Of a stretch of DNA of 64,000 nucleotides, positions 38,301 to 48,219 are shown piece after piece. The notes beneath the pieces were generated by a model. It made no database searches. It saw nothing but the letters and a program-made list of their open reading frames with translations, and had not been told where the DNA came from. A program made the position numbers and the translations under genes. Source of the DNA: a virus; the IMG/VR virus record IMGVR_UViG_3300042301_001121, positions 3,885-67,884 of that record; one strand, 5' to 3'. Within the stretch, counting starts at the first letter, position 1. Every line of letters starts with the position of its first letter.

Positions 38301-40319
38301 TATGATGAAATAACTAAAATACAAGACGAGATAGAAGATAAGAGAGGCCAATTGACTGGTATAGGTTCAGATCTTCAAAACTTATATGGAGTTGCTGTTA
38401 ATGATATAGCAAGTAAAATTGAAAAACAAAATACTATAGCTGGATCTTTAGCTTCTAGTTTTGTAAATGGAACTTTAAAGTCTTACATGGGTACAGCTAA
38501 TTTAATGGCAGACACGCTTGATGCTTTGTTTGAGATTGAAGGCTCTCCAGATTCTGCCGAAAGAAAAAAAGTTCTTTATCAAGATTTTGTAAAAGGATTT
38601 TTAAAAGATTCTGGATTATATAAAGATGCTGAATCTGAAGGTTTTTTAATGCAATCAGTAAGTAGTGTTTTTGAGTCTTTAGCAGGGCTGACCAATCCAG
38701 TAACCATAGTAACAGCAAAAACTCCATTAGAAAAAATAGGAAAGATAATTGGCTTTGCTTCAACTGCTTATGCTGATATAGATTTAGAAGTATCTACTAA
38801 TCCAGAGTTAGCTGATTTAACTGAATTTCAAAAGAAAATAATTACTATACCTTATTCTATTGGAATAGGTGTTCTAGAAGATTTTGGTTATGGAACTTTA
38901 TTAAGAGGTGGAAAATCATCAATAGCAAAAAGAGTTCTTACTAATTTAGTGTCTAATTCAATTAAATCTTTACCTAAAAACGCTTCACTTGAAGCTGTAG
39001 AAAGAGTAATCAAGGGTGAGGTAAGTAACAAGTTCTTTAAGTTGTTTTCAGCAACTGCTAATGCAGCAGCTGGTGGAGCTGAAGAAGAAGCTCTTTCAAC
39101 TATAGGTATGGATATTTTGTATAAAAACTTAATGGATTATACTTTTGAAAAAGATGTTTTTAATCAAAAAAATACCTGGAAGGATTACTTAAGTATGACA
39201 GCTGAAAGTGCGCTTGGAGGAGCTATAGGAAATGGAGCTTTAGGTGGTACTTTAAATTCTGTGGATTTATTTAGAAAAAACAAAATAGAAGAAGTATCTA
39301 CTCAAGATTATGACTTTTTTGTTCTTACAGCGAATGATAGTAAGTTAAAGGAAATATTTGCTAATTCAGTTAAGAATAAATTAGCATTAGGAGATATAAA
39401 AGAAGAGGATGCTAAAAGCTTAATGGAGAACTTTGAAAATCTTGCTGCTATAGATAGTAAAATAAGCGATCAAATAGATGGAAAGGATAGGCCTAAAATG
39501 GCTAGCCTTTTAATTCAAAAGCAGCAATTATTAGAAAAAGCAAAAGGACTTGACGATTCTCAAAAAGGATTACCTAATCCAGAGTTAGAAAAAGTTGAGA
39601 GTCAAATAAAAGAAATAGTATCTAGAGCTGAAAGTAGAATTAACGAAGAAAAGAAAAATGTTGAAGAAAACCAAACAAGGGTATCAAGTGAAGTCGGAGA
39701 AGGGCAAGAACTTATCGAAACCCAACCTGTCGTTGAAGCAGGCCAAGAAGAGGTTAGCCCTGGTGGAATGGTTCAAGAAGAACAAACAGAAGTAACTCCT
39801 AGAGAGCCAGAAAAGATTACATCTGTAATGACTACTGGTGAGACTCAATTAGAATCTGATTTGATAGGTAAGGATGTTAGTACAGGTAAACAACTTAAAA
39901 CTGCTGATATTCAAACTGGAGAAGTTACATCTGAATTTAGAGAGGATAAAAATCCTACTAAAGGTAAAGTGGTAAATGTTGAAGCTGATCCTAGAAATAA
40001 GAATATTGAGCGATTAATATTAGAAGATGGAACTGTATTAAATAGAAATAAGAATACAGGTTCTATAACATTAAATAATAAAGTTAAAGCATCAACTGTA
40101 GAGACAGAAGTTAAAGGTGAAGCTACTGCTAAAAATGAGTTTGATGAGTTATCTGATATAAATAAGATAACATCTCCTACTAAGAAAAATAAGGCGATGA
40201 AAGCGTTTAATGAAAAATATGGGGAGAAAGCTACTCGTATTTCAGAAATAGATAGTAAATTTACAACCATTGTAAATAAACTAGAGAGTCAGAAATTAAT
40301 TACTAAAAAGAATTGTTAA
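35361..40319 (+). CDS. very large putative internal virion (ejection) protein
   Basis: 1652 aa, coiled coils, G/A-rich helices, PG-binding-like segment; TATCTTTG box at 35332-35339. Confidence 0.6.
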   Translation: MALNSDLMNTQTGGEGETVQIQAQEKLTPEQFDVNIKAQETPIDSESPIQPPVQREGMVEVQNAPPSEFVEAQESFNEAPVELPEENPVVNPSEITADEDDGFLPFVDTSINEEEQDTSLPFINTDIDGNSNVFDSTLQNLNEEPLDDGVNNIIEFQKKFGLTEQKEEDKPKSTLFKNNSFFNIKSDLEENLTDGGNADQESLKALGIDFNPNAAKSNVEQPLVEVVLTEEQKKQSLLQEYYDAENEMLSVKDRIVVEENKPKDKKDYEVLDALKARNKELTNFLKSLDKKEDLKSYKKETEKKLAKGQKGLCNDPNASNYLSPGACTYAPTSAQKDVYTYHPENWRVMDIFNTKSDYIARNVFSNRIQFKKDSQVGSRYGDKIQSASDASLAVLRLFATEGDIEYYKSKGLSREQAMAEHTQRVISEYDFTARELRDIDKLLKKTVDWARSEGGTYKSGENAGKFKAALLPNWGVLAASEYETKDGQKVKLFKGIQEDEEQKKKNKNGYGISPWDKSSFQYTDTEINSKNNDPYFVPASTISLWEKNGMITFDEQGNQIKAKGPKFRRDVFKTQKTLLRRKDKDGNPYLQSTDPIWGVGLTGVMDKATEDALKRFNNDSRGDKKNKVVTDLKGTAKGTGADYDIERDNPFYKYDKTGKVPDIAFGKVKMKDIPFGAWRTRKDAETWAAKNMPSNTKKISGLGADIVNKSQSDFKKYIDGLGIGVTVQLEGGVLDWDNVVLKAPKGVVASDLILDLNEDEENDYNDAKQLERWLNSVQESPGDKLVSMWSEIYDPANAMIRNGQINLDRGNQFFYSAKDKDKKEVSLGVTDKAQFSDVYKNLPSDNLMTKGINYMMGWAESSKKGEKVIDIDKFAKTIEKEQNNLGLQISELEKKSQQYSSTIQPYLTKLEDLKKQTREEQDKINKQVDELKVKFDNDLIDQNEFSSKIAEYSNKTTLLQQNLNNAITQVNNAYKNNKGTYDEITKIQDEIEDKRGQLTGIGSDLQNLYGVAVNDIASKIEKQNTIAGSLASSFVNGTLKSYMGTANLMADTLDALFEIEGSPDSAERKKVLYQDFVKGFLKDSGLYKDAESEGFLMQSVSSVFESLAGLTNPVTIVTAKTPLEKIGKIIGFASTAYADIDLEVSTNPELADLTEFQKKIITIPYSIGIGVLEDFGYGTLLRGGKSSIAKRVLTNLVSNSIKSLPKNASLEAVERVIKGEVSNKFFKLFSATANAAAGGAEEEALSTIGMDILYKNLMDYTFEKDVFNQKNTWKDYLSMTAESALGGAIGNGALGGTLNSVDLFRKNKIEEVSTQDYDFFVLTANDSKLKEIFANSVKNKLALGDIKEEDAKSLMENFENLAAIDSKISDQIDGKDRPKMASLLIQKQQLLEKAKGLDDSQKGLPNPELEKVESQIKEIVSRAESRINEEKKNVEENQTRVSSEVGEGQELIETQPVVEAGQEEVSPGGMVQEEQTEVTPREPEKITSVMTTGETQLESDLIGKDVSTGKQLKTADIQTGEVTSEFREDKNPTKGKVVNVEADPRNKNIERLILEDGTVLNRNKNTGSITLNNKVKASTVETEVKGEATAKNEFDELSDINKITSPTKKNKAMKAFNEKYGEKATRISEIDSKFTTIVNKLESQKLITKKNC

Positions 40320-40320
40320 T

Positions 40321-40788
40321 ATGGAAAATCTATTAAGCCCACAGGAAATAGAAATGATTAATGAGTTAGGACAGATGGAGTTGGAAGCTAGCCAACTTTA
40401 TTTGCATTTAGCTAACTCTATGAAGACTATAAACTTTTTTGGTGCTGCATCATTCTTCACTAATGAGTCGAATACAGAAAGAGAGCATTACGCTAAATTA
40501 GAGGACTTTATGAACAACTTAGGAGAGCAACTGGAGGTAAGAGCTATCTCTGCTGTTAAAGCTCCTATAAACGACTTAATGGAAGCTTTTCAAGCGGCTC
40601 TAGAAGCTGAGATGGATTTGTTAGGTGAGTATGAAGATGCATGGGAGAAATCATCTCCTAAGACAAAGGCTTTATTACATCACTTCATTGAGTTACAAAC
40701 GGAGAGTGTTGGTGAGTATGGTGATTTAATTGCTAGACTAAGTAGAACTAGTGAACCTATTTTAATTGACCAAGAATTAGCAAAGTAA
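40321..40788 (+). CDS. ferritin (non-haem, FtnA-like)
   Basis: E.EASQLY, GAASFF..ES..E.EH..KL, LEAE, FIELQTES ferroxidase-like pattern; 155 aa. Confidence 0.8.
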   Translation: MENLLSPQEIEMINELGQMELEASQLYLHLANSMKTINFFGAASFFTNESNTEREHYAKLEDFMNNLGEQLEVRAISAVKAPINDLMEAFQAALEAEMDLLGEYEDAWEKSSPKTKALLHHFIELQTESVGEYGDLIARLSRTSEPILIDQELAK

Positions 40789-40789
40789 T

Positions 40790-43700
40790 ATGGCGGATTG
40801 TGAATACACGATAGCAGGAGATGATAGAGTCTACTCTGAAAGCGAGTTCAAGAAACTTTTAAGTGAAGGTTATCTTGATAAGGTAATGATTGAGAATAAA
40901 ATCAAAATTAGAAATATTAAACCTAATGAAGAGTTAGCTAAAATATTTCAAATGCCATCGACTATTCAAACACAAGCTCCTACAGAAACTAAGGATAATT
41001 ATAAAATAGCTCAAGATGTAACATCTGAGGTAAGTAGAGAAAATCCTGATGCTAGTGTTTTGTTAACTCCGAAAGGAGAAGATTTATCTTTAACTGCTGT
41101 TTATGTAGGTAAAGAAAATAGAGGTAAGGGTATAGGTACTAAAGTTCTTGAGAGCGTTAAAAAGCAAGCTGATAAATTAGGCAAGAAAATAGTATTGGAT
41201 GCTACTACTGAATTAGATGAAGAAACTGATTTAGGTAGATTAGAGAGCTTCTATCAGAATAATGGATTTACTAAAGTAGGAGAAAATAAGTTTGAGTATA
41301 ATCCTACTGAACAAGCCGCTACTACAGAAGATGTCACAAAAACAGAAGAAAAGGTGACAGAGCCTGCTTTTGAAAAAGGCGTTGAAATTGAAAGTACTCC
41401 TGAAGAATGGTTAGATAAATTACCTGTTTTATTAGATAAAGGATTTAGTCAACTTAAGGAAGTTCCTGTGGCTGAGCCAAGGGTAGTTGAATATAGTGAT
41501 AAAGTAGAATACACTTATTTAAAAGAAGACTCTAATGGAAATGAATATAATTTTACTGTATCTATAAATAAGAGGAAAGATGGGTCGTTAGGAAGTAAAG
41601 TCACTACGTCAACAACAATAGATGGCGAAATCGCTGAATTAAGTCCTACTGCTGAAAAACAAGAATCTATTGAAGAATTAAATAAGAGAAAAGAGTCTTT
41701 AAATAAAGAATTTAATTCATTGAATAAACAATACGTTAAAGATAGCAAGCAACTTGATGTCGCCACAAGAGCCAACGAAGATACTACAGTTATTGAAGAA
41801 AGACTTGATAACACTCAGCAAAGAATGAGTGAAATTTCTTCCGAATTAGAAGGAGTTGAAGATAAAATTAAAACAACTGAAACTAAACAACCTACAAGAG
41901 AAGCTGTTGCTGCTAAGAATATGGCTGACATATTACGTAAGGCTAAGATAAAAATGGAAGGAGGAACAGCTATGGCTAGTTTCCTTCCTGGTTTTGAGAA
42001 CGTATGGAATGGTTCTATAGAAACTGTTTCTAAAGCTATTGAATTAGGTGGTATTACTGCTGGTAACTTTAGACAATCTATTGAGGCTGGTATGAAAGCA
42101 TTGAAACAAACTGATGCTTACAAAGCTATTACAGACCCTAAAGAAAGAGCTAAGATTAGTGCTAGATATAAGAAGATATTGACATCAGCATATTCTGAAG
42201 GTTACAATATAGATACTGATAATTTAAGAGAAGCTGAGTTTAATGACTTCAATCAGAAGTTAGAAGAAAGTAAAGGAAAAACTTTATCTAATAAAGAGTT
42301 TAATGCTTTAAAAGCTGAAGCTAAGAAATTTGTAAATGACAATCTCCCTGCTGATAGCTATAAAAAATCAGAGGTTCAATCTTATGTAAGAAATAATTTT
42401 GATAAGGCTAAAACAGTAGAAGATATACAAAAGAACTTAGATAAGGTTAATGGTATAATGACTACTAAAGAAGCTAAGATTGAAACAGCAGAAGCTAAAC
42501 AAGCTGAAAAGGATAGAAAGGCTACTATTAAGGAAATTATTAATATAACTAAGCCTACTAGTCCTAAAATGATTTCTAAAAATAGAAGGACAGGTGTTAA
42601 GAAAGCAAACGTATCTTTAGATGCTCTACGTCAAATAAACGAAATGAGAGACCAAGGATTATTTGATAAAGATAATCTTGAGAGTAAAACAAAAGAGGAA
42701 TTAGATGCTTTAAAGGAACAAATACAAAACATTCAAGCTAAAGGTAGAGCAGAAAAGAAATCGGAAACTAAAGAGAAAAAAGAAGTTAAGAAATCTAGCG
42801 AATCTTTAATACTTGAAACATTAGATAAGCCAAATGCAACTCTTAATTCCGAAGAAGAAATACTTGATTTCATGGAGCGAAGAAATGGAGTTGTGGTTGT
42901 TGATGGTCAAGTAATGAGCAAAAGTGCATTTAAAGAATTTGCTAAAGAGAATGAGGGCAAAGATTATACTGGAACTAAATTCTATATAAATAAAGACACT
43001 GAATTAAAAGAGCAAAAACAAGAGAAAAAAGGAGTTCTTAAAACAGCGAGAAAATATACTATGGCCGCTATAAGAGACTTAGATACTTACATGAAAGATA
43101 TAAGTAAGGGATCTAAAGAACTTAGAGATTGGACTAAAGAAAATATATTAGACCCTACTAAAAAAGCTATATACAATAAAGTAAAAAATACAGCTAAATT
43201 TAAAGGAGAGTACAGAGATGCTGTTAAAAATATCTTTGGAGGATTCAGTTCTGCTATTGATTATTTATCAAAAGACAGCGGTATATCTACTGATGTATCT
43301 GATTTAGAAGGGGTTAAAGCCAAAAAAATAAACAGAGATCAAGCTGTTCATATATATGGATTAATAAATAATCCAGATGCAAAAAAGGCTGAAAAGAATA
43401 TAGAAAGACTTAAATCTAAAAATAATATAGATACAGATAAAGTAAAAGCTTTAGTTGAGGGAGACCCTAAGCTAATGGCTTATTACAATTTCTTGAGAGA
43501 GATGTATGATAAGAAATTTAGAGAGGAGTTTGGATCTACGATAGAAAATTTATATGGTATTCCTCTTGATAAAGGATATTATTGGCCAGAGCCAGCAGGA
43601 GTATCTGAAACACTAGAATTAAACTTAGAGGGATTCAGTAATAAGGAGTTATCTATGATTGCTCCTAACATGAGACAAAGAGACCCTAAATACAATGGTC

Positions 43701-45508
43701 CATTTGAACTAGCTAATTCTTATGATGTTTATAATAGATATGTAGAATCAATGGTTCACGCTAAAGAATTTATACCTGTTATAGAAAATTCTAGAATATT
43801 ATTGTCTGATGTAAATAGACCTAGAGTATTAGATAAATTAAATGATACTAACAAGTATAATGATTTAATTGATTTAATGAAAGTCGTATTTACTGATAAG
43901 AGTCCTTACAAAAGTAGTAGTATGGATTTCTTAGCAAACTATACCGCAGTCAAAACACTATGGTTGAGATTAAAGGCTATACCTCAACAGGCATCAGCAT
44001 TATTAAACTACTATAATGCAGGATGGGTTGATGGAATAAATCCAGCTCAAATAGTAGCATCAGTTGTTCCTAAAAATGCTACTGAACTTGATTTTGCATT
44101 AGACTTCTATAAAGATAATCCTTACTTATGGGAGAGACTTAAAGGGGCTTCTAATCAAGACATGAAAGCAATAGAGACTCAAGTTGACACTATTGTAAGT
44201 GAGTTAGGAAAGAAAGTTATAGATAAGGCTTTATTTGCTGCTTTGTCACCTATTAAAGCTGGAGACTTTGTAGCTACGTCAACTCCATTTGGAGGAGGTG
44301 CTTTTGCTATGGCTCAATTTAAGAAGAGATTTAAAGATAATGGAGGGGATTACCAAGATGCTAAAGATTTTGCTCTTCAGAGATGGTTTGAAGAAACTGA
44401 AAGAACTCAACAGCCAGCTATAGATAAATCTATTGTTTCTACAGCTGCTTACGATCCTATGTATAGATTCTTAGTTCCTTTTGTTAGCGCACAAAACTCA
44501 ATGGGTAAAAAGATAGTTAAATCAGCTAAGGATATTCAAGATTGGAAAAATCTAACAAAACAAGAAAAGAATCAAGCTGTTGCTGATATGTTATATTATA
44601 CAGTGGTAGGAAGTATTCCATTCTCGTTAATGTCAGGCTCTTTACTTACTGCGTTAGATGTGTTTGATGAGGAGGATGAGGAAGCAAGAGGGAACATGTT
44701 TGATAGACTTTCATTTGACTTACTAGCAGATAATGTCATGTCAAATATTCAATCATTATATTTTGTTGGATTTGCTACAAATCTTGTTTTAAATGAGATG
44801 AGGGGAAGAGAATATTTCAATGAAAGACCTCAAGGGGAAACAATAAATAGCTTTGCTAAATTTGTTTCTTCATTTGCTATGGCTTCTAGTGACTGGGATT
44901 TCTTGACAGAAGAAATGAAGAAAGATTATTTTAATAGATTTAAATTAAAAGGAAAAGAATTAGAAGAATTTAACGCATTGCCAGAAGATGAAAAGATTGA
45001 TTATCTACGCAAAAATGCAGTTGAAACTGGAATCATATCAAATGACGAAGAAAGCATTAGAAAATTCAAAGAAGAATACTCTAATAAATGGAGATTTAAC
45101 AGAATGGGTAAAGAAGGAATGGATTCTTTCTTAAAACTCACAGGTATAGACAAGCCTATGAATCTATACAGGGATATAGCTAATTATATTGATGAGAACG
45201 GAACTTTTGAAGAACTTATATATGGGGAAGGAGCTGGAACTACAGAAGAAGCAGAACCTTTCTCTAAGAATGTTCCTAAACAATTTTTTGATGCTATCTC
45301 ATACAAAAGAGGTAATCAATTATTCAAGATGTATTCAGATGTTCTAGGAGAGCCAGAAGAATATTATGACATATATCCTTCTAAACCAGGAGGACCTATA
45401 TCAAATCCTGTATCAGAGCCAGATGTTAATCAATCAGAAAAAGAGGTACAAGGAGTTATGATAAAACGTAAGAGACCTGGATTAAGAGGTATTCAATATG
45501 GAGACTGA
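40790..45508 (+). CDS. large polyvalent-type internal virion protein with N-terminal GNAT domain
   Basis: VYVGKENRGKGIGTKVL...LESFYQNNGF; long helical remainder. Confidence 0.65.
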   Translation: MADCEYTIAGDDRVYSESEFKKLLSEGYLDKVMIENKIKIRNIKPNEELAKIFQMPSTIQTQAPTETKDNYKIAQDVTSEVSRENPDASVLLTPKGEDLSLTAVYVGKENRGKGIGTKVLESVKKQADKLGKKIVLDATTELDEETDLGRLESFYQNNGFTKVGENKFEYNPTEQAATTEDVTKTEEKVTEPAFEKGVEIESTPEEWLDKLPVLLDKGFSQLKEVPVAEPRVVEYSDKVEYTYLKEDSNGNEYNFTVSINKRKDGSLGSKVTTSTTIDGEIAELSPTAEKQESIEELNKRKESLNKEFNSLNKQYVKDSKQLDVATRANEDTTVIEERLDNTQQRMSEISSELEGVEDKIKTTETKQPTREAVAAKNMADILRKAKIKMEGGTAMASFLPGFENVWNGSIETVSKAIELGGITAGNFRQSIEAGMKALKQTDAYKAITDPKERAKISARYKKILTSAYSEGYNIDTDNLREAEFNDFNQKLEESKGKTLSNKEFNALKAEAKKFVNDNLPADSYKKSEVQSYVRNNFDKAKTVEDIQKNLDKVNGIMTTKEAKIETAEAKQAEKDRKATIKEIINITKPTSPKMISKNRRTGVKKANVSLDALRQINEMRDQGLFDKDNLESKTKEELDALKEQIQNIQAKGRAEKKSETKEKKEVKKSSESLILETLDKPNATLNSEEEILDFMERRNGVVVVDGQVMSKSAFKEFAKENEGKDYTGTKFYINKDTELKEQKQEKKGVLKTARKYTMAAIRDLDTYMKDISKGSKELRDWTKENILDPTKKAIYNKVKNTAKFKGEYRDAVKNIFGGFSSAIDYLSKDSGISTDVSDLEGVKAKKINRDQAVHIYGLINNPDAKKAEKNIERLKSKNNIDTDKVKALVEGDPKLMAYYNFLREMYDKKFREEFGSTIENLYGIPLDKGYYWPEPAGVSETLELNLEGFSNKELSMIAPNMRQRDPKYNGPFELANSYDVYNRYVESMVHAKEFIPVIENSRILLSDVNRPRVLDKLNDTNKYNDLIDLMKVVFTDKSPYKSSSMDFLANYTAVKTLWLRLKAIPQQASALLNYYNAGWVDGINPAQIVASVVPKNATELDFALDFYKDNPYLWERLKGASNQDMKAIETQVDTIVSELGKKVIDKALFAALSPIKAGDFVATSTPFGGGAFAMAQFKKRFKDNGGDYQDAKDFALQRWFEETERTQQPAIDKSIVSTAAYDPMYRFLVPFVSAQNSMGKKIVKSAKDIQDWKNLTKQEKNQAVADMLYYTVVGSIPFSLMSGSLLTALDVFDEEDEEARGNMFDRLSFDLLADNVMSNIQSLYFVGFATNLVLNEMRGREYFNERPQGETINSFAKFVSSFAMASSDWDFLTEEMKKDYFNRFKLKGKELEEFNALPEDEKIDYLRKNAVETGIISNDEESIRKFKEEYSNKWRFNRMGKEGMDSFLKLTGIDKPMNLYRDIANYIDENGTFEELIYGEGAGTTEEAEPFSKNVPKQFFDAISYKRGNQLFKMYSDVLGEPEEYYDIYPSKPGGPISNPVSEPDVNQSEKEVQGVMIKRKRPGLRGIQYGD

Positions 45509-45557
45509 TAAAAACGATATATTATAAAAAATGTTAAATTTGTAACAATAAATCAAG

Positions 45558-46331
45558 ATGAGCAATTTTAAAACTTCTTTGTTAGTTGATGGATGTAGTT
45601 CGCTACAGTTGTCATGCGATTGTAAAAAAATTACATTTAAGGACACTTCTAACTATGTTGATAGTGACATGCCAGGGCATTTGTCAACGGACTTCACAAG
45701 TAGAGTAATAACTATTACAAGAGGTGATGGCTCAACATTCCAGCTAATTACAGCTGATATAAGAACGAATAATCCTACTGCCTATCCTATGGCACAACAA
45801 GGTATATCATATAACATTATACCTTCTCATTTAGCTTCTAATAACACTTTCACATACAACTTTACAAATGCAGATGTGGATGGTATTTATTCTGTTGAAT
45901 TATGTACATATCCTAACTGGAGGTCAGACGTATATTACGAAGCGTATTTAAAACCAATAGTTCTAAGGAATGGGAAATATTACAAAGCGACTTTATCATC
46001 TACTAACCTTGATCCAGCAGATCCTATTAACGCTGATTACTGGACTCTTTATACTGATGCTGACACTTGTAATTCTACTCGTTACTGTGCTAGTGAGAGA
46101 GTTGTTGTTTTGTGTATCTCTATTGAAGATTGTTACAGACAAGCTGTCGCAGATGCGTTCTGTGGTATTCAGAAGAATCCTTGTAAGACTATGTGTGATA
46201 ACATGGATTTTATGAAGGCTATGAAGATGAGGGTTGTAATGGATGGATTAGAGTTTGCTGCCTGTGGTAAAGATTGGACTAATGCTCAAGACCACATGGA
46301 TATTTTAAAATCACTTTGTTGTTGTAACTAA
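45558..46331 (+). CDS. Cys-rich putative tail/baseplate protein
   Basis: TAAATTTG box at 45535-45542; ends SLCCCN. Confidence 0.5.
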   Translation: MSNFKTSLLVDGCSSLQLSCDCKKITFKDTSNYVDSDMPGHLSTDFTSRVITITRGDGSTFQLITADIRTNNPTAYPMAQQGISYNIIPSHLASNNTFTYNFTNADVDGIYSVELCTYPNWRSDVYYEAYLKPIVLRNGKYYKATLSSTNLDPADPINADYWTLYTDADTCNSTRYCASERVVVLCISIEDCYRQAVADAFCGIQKNPCKTMCDNMDFMKAMKMRVVMDGLEFAACGKDWTNAQDHMDILKSLCCCN

Positions 46332-47599
46332 TGGGTTGTAATTGTAAAAATACTAGTAATGGTTGCTTAGATGGTAAATGTAACTGCGGAATATTTATAG
46401 ATATTCTTGAGGGTGTTACTCCATTTGCTACTATTTATTCTCCTTACAACTGTGACTGTGATGGTAATTATTCTTTTACGTTTAACGAAGAGTCTAGACC
46501 GAATGTATTCCATAATGACAATAGAGATGTTACTGTAAGATATAACTCTCAATTTAGCAGATGGGAGATGGTGTTTTACGATAATACTTTGGGAGGATAT
46601 GTTCCATTTGCTTTATATTACACGAAAGATTCTACTTGTCCAGATGGTGGAGATGGTTATCTTATTGGTTCTTGTGGATGGGATGATAATAGAAACGTAA
46701 CTTATATAAGGATAGACTCTGTTGTTGTTGCTGTTGCTGTATGGAATGGTCAAAGAACTAATGGATATAAAGTATATGAGTATATACCATCAGTATATCC
46801 TGGTACATATCCAGATATGATTACTATATCGGTTGATATACCTACTTTGCAATGGAGATTAAATATGTCTGGAACGGATGTTGCTTTTAAAGCCGCAGGC
46901 ACAATTCCTCAAACAGCATTTCCAAATCAATCATTTACTCCTATAGCTCCTTTTTCTAGTACTGTATTTTTAGACACATATAATGGTTCGCCTCCATCTC
47001 CAGGAAATCAAAGTCCTTCTGGAACTTTAAATAGAATTAAAATAAGAGCTATAGAATGTGGCTGTTGTGATACGGAGGTTACTATTGATTTAGATGGAGA
47101 AGAATATACAGCTACTGTTCAATATGATGAATATGGAAATGTATTAGTATATGGAGGTGTTAATTATTATACCTTTACAATAGGAGAGAATACTTATTAT
47201 ATATTCTACTTAAATGGTCAATGGGTATTAAAAGGAGCTTTAAGTATTAGTGGCCCTACCTTTGCTAATTTAACATCAACTAATGAATGTCCTTATGGGT
47301 CATATAATTCTGAATTATTTGATTTTGTTTTTGTAAATGGTGTTGAATGTTTTGATTGTTGTGATTACGATACTCCTCAGAATAGAAACTTACTAAAGAA
47401 AAAGAAAGCTATCTTTGTAGATGAAATATCTTCCATAAGAAGTAAAGAGATATTTGGATTTAATTGTGGACCAGAGTGGGATGACTTATTCAAGAAACAC
47501 TTAATCTTTGATGTCTTGTGGTGTTTACCTTATGGAAAGATATGCGATGAAGAGCAACAATGCTTGATAAATAATTTAAATGATAACTGTAATTGTTAA
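46331..47599 (+). CDS. Cys-rich putative tail protein
   Basis: Starts MGCNCKN, ends NCNC; beta-rich. Confidence 0.5.
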   Translation: MGCNCKNTSNGCLDGKCNCGIFIDILEGVTPFATIYSPYNCDCDGNYSFTFNEESRPNVFHNDNRDVTVRYNSQFSRWEMVFYDNTLGGYVPFALYYTKDSTCPDGGDGYLIGSCGWDDNRNVTYIRIDSVVVAVAVWNGQRTNGYKVYEYIPSVYPGTYPDMITISVDIPTLQWRLNMSGTDVAFKAAGTIPQTAFPNQSFTPIAPFSSTVFLDTYNGSPPSPGNQSPSGTLNRIKIRAIECGCCDTEVTIDLDGEEYTATVQYDEYGNVLVYGGVNYYTFTIGENTYYIFYLNGQWVLKGALSISGPTFANLTSTNECPYGSYNSELFDFVFVNGVECFDCCDYDTPQNRNLLKKKKAIFVDEISSIRSKEIFGFNCGPEWDDLFKKHLIFDVLWCLPYGKICDEEQQCLINNLNDNCNC

Positions 47600-47602
47600 G
47601 AT

Positions 47603-48208
47603 ATGAGCTGTAATACTTGTGGAAATTTAGGATCAAATTGTTCATGTTCAGATAACTGCCCTAATAAGGTGTCTGATATAACTTTATTTGACTGCAACAA
47701 CTTTAATGTAATAAATGTACCATGTGATGCTTCTTTGTGTGATGTTCTAGAATTATTAGAAACCTATACTACTAATATGGTAGCTGAGTTATCTACTATG
47801 ACTAGCGTTACTATAGGAGCTGGTAATTGTATAGGATTAGCTGCTGGAACTTATGGTATTCAGCAAGTAATAGATGCTATATTAGTTAAGTTGTGTGAAG
47901 CTCCTTGTGATTTGGAGGTTAGTATTTCTAATGATGACCCTTTTGAATTAACAGCTAATTTAACAGGAGGAACAGCTCCTTATACATATACATGGACTGT
48001 AGCTGACAACTGGAATATGTGGACTTTAACAAATACTACTTCTCAAACTGTTAATATTAATCCTAACGAAGAAGATCCTCCTATATTAGATGGGTGTGGT
48101 CAAAATAACTCTTCAAGAATAGGATTAATAAAAGTTGAGGTTACAGATGATAATGGATGTAAGGCTAAGGATAGCTTCTTATATATAAATATAAATTGTG
48201 GTGGTTAA
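47603..48208 (+). CDS. Cys-rich protein with SprB/Ig-like repeat
   Basis: TGGTAPYTYTW...VEVTDDNGC. Confidence 0.6.
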   Translation: MSCNTCGNLGSNCSCSDNCPNKVSDITLFDCNNFNVINVPCDASLCDVLELLETYTTNMVAELSTMTSVTIGAGNCIGLAAGTYGIQQVIDAILVKLCEAPCDLEVSISNDDPFELTANLTGGTAPYTYTWTVADNWNMWTLTNTTSQTVNINPNEEDPPILDGCGQNNSSRIGLIKVEVTDDNGCKAKDSFLYININCGG

Positions 48209-48219
48209 AATAAATTAAA

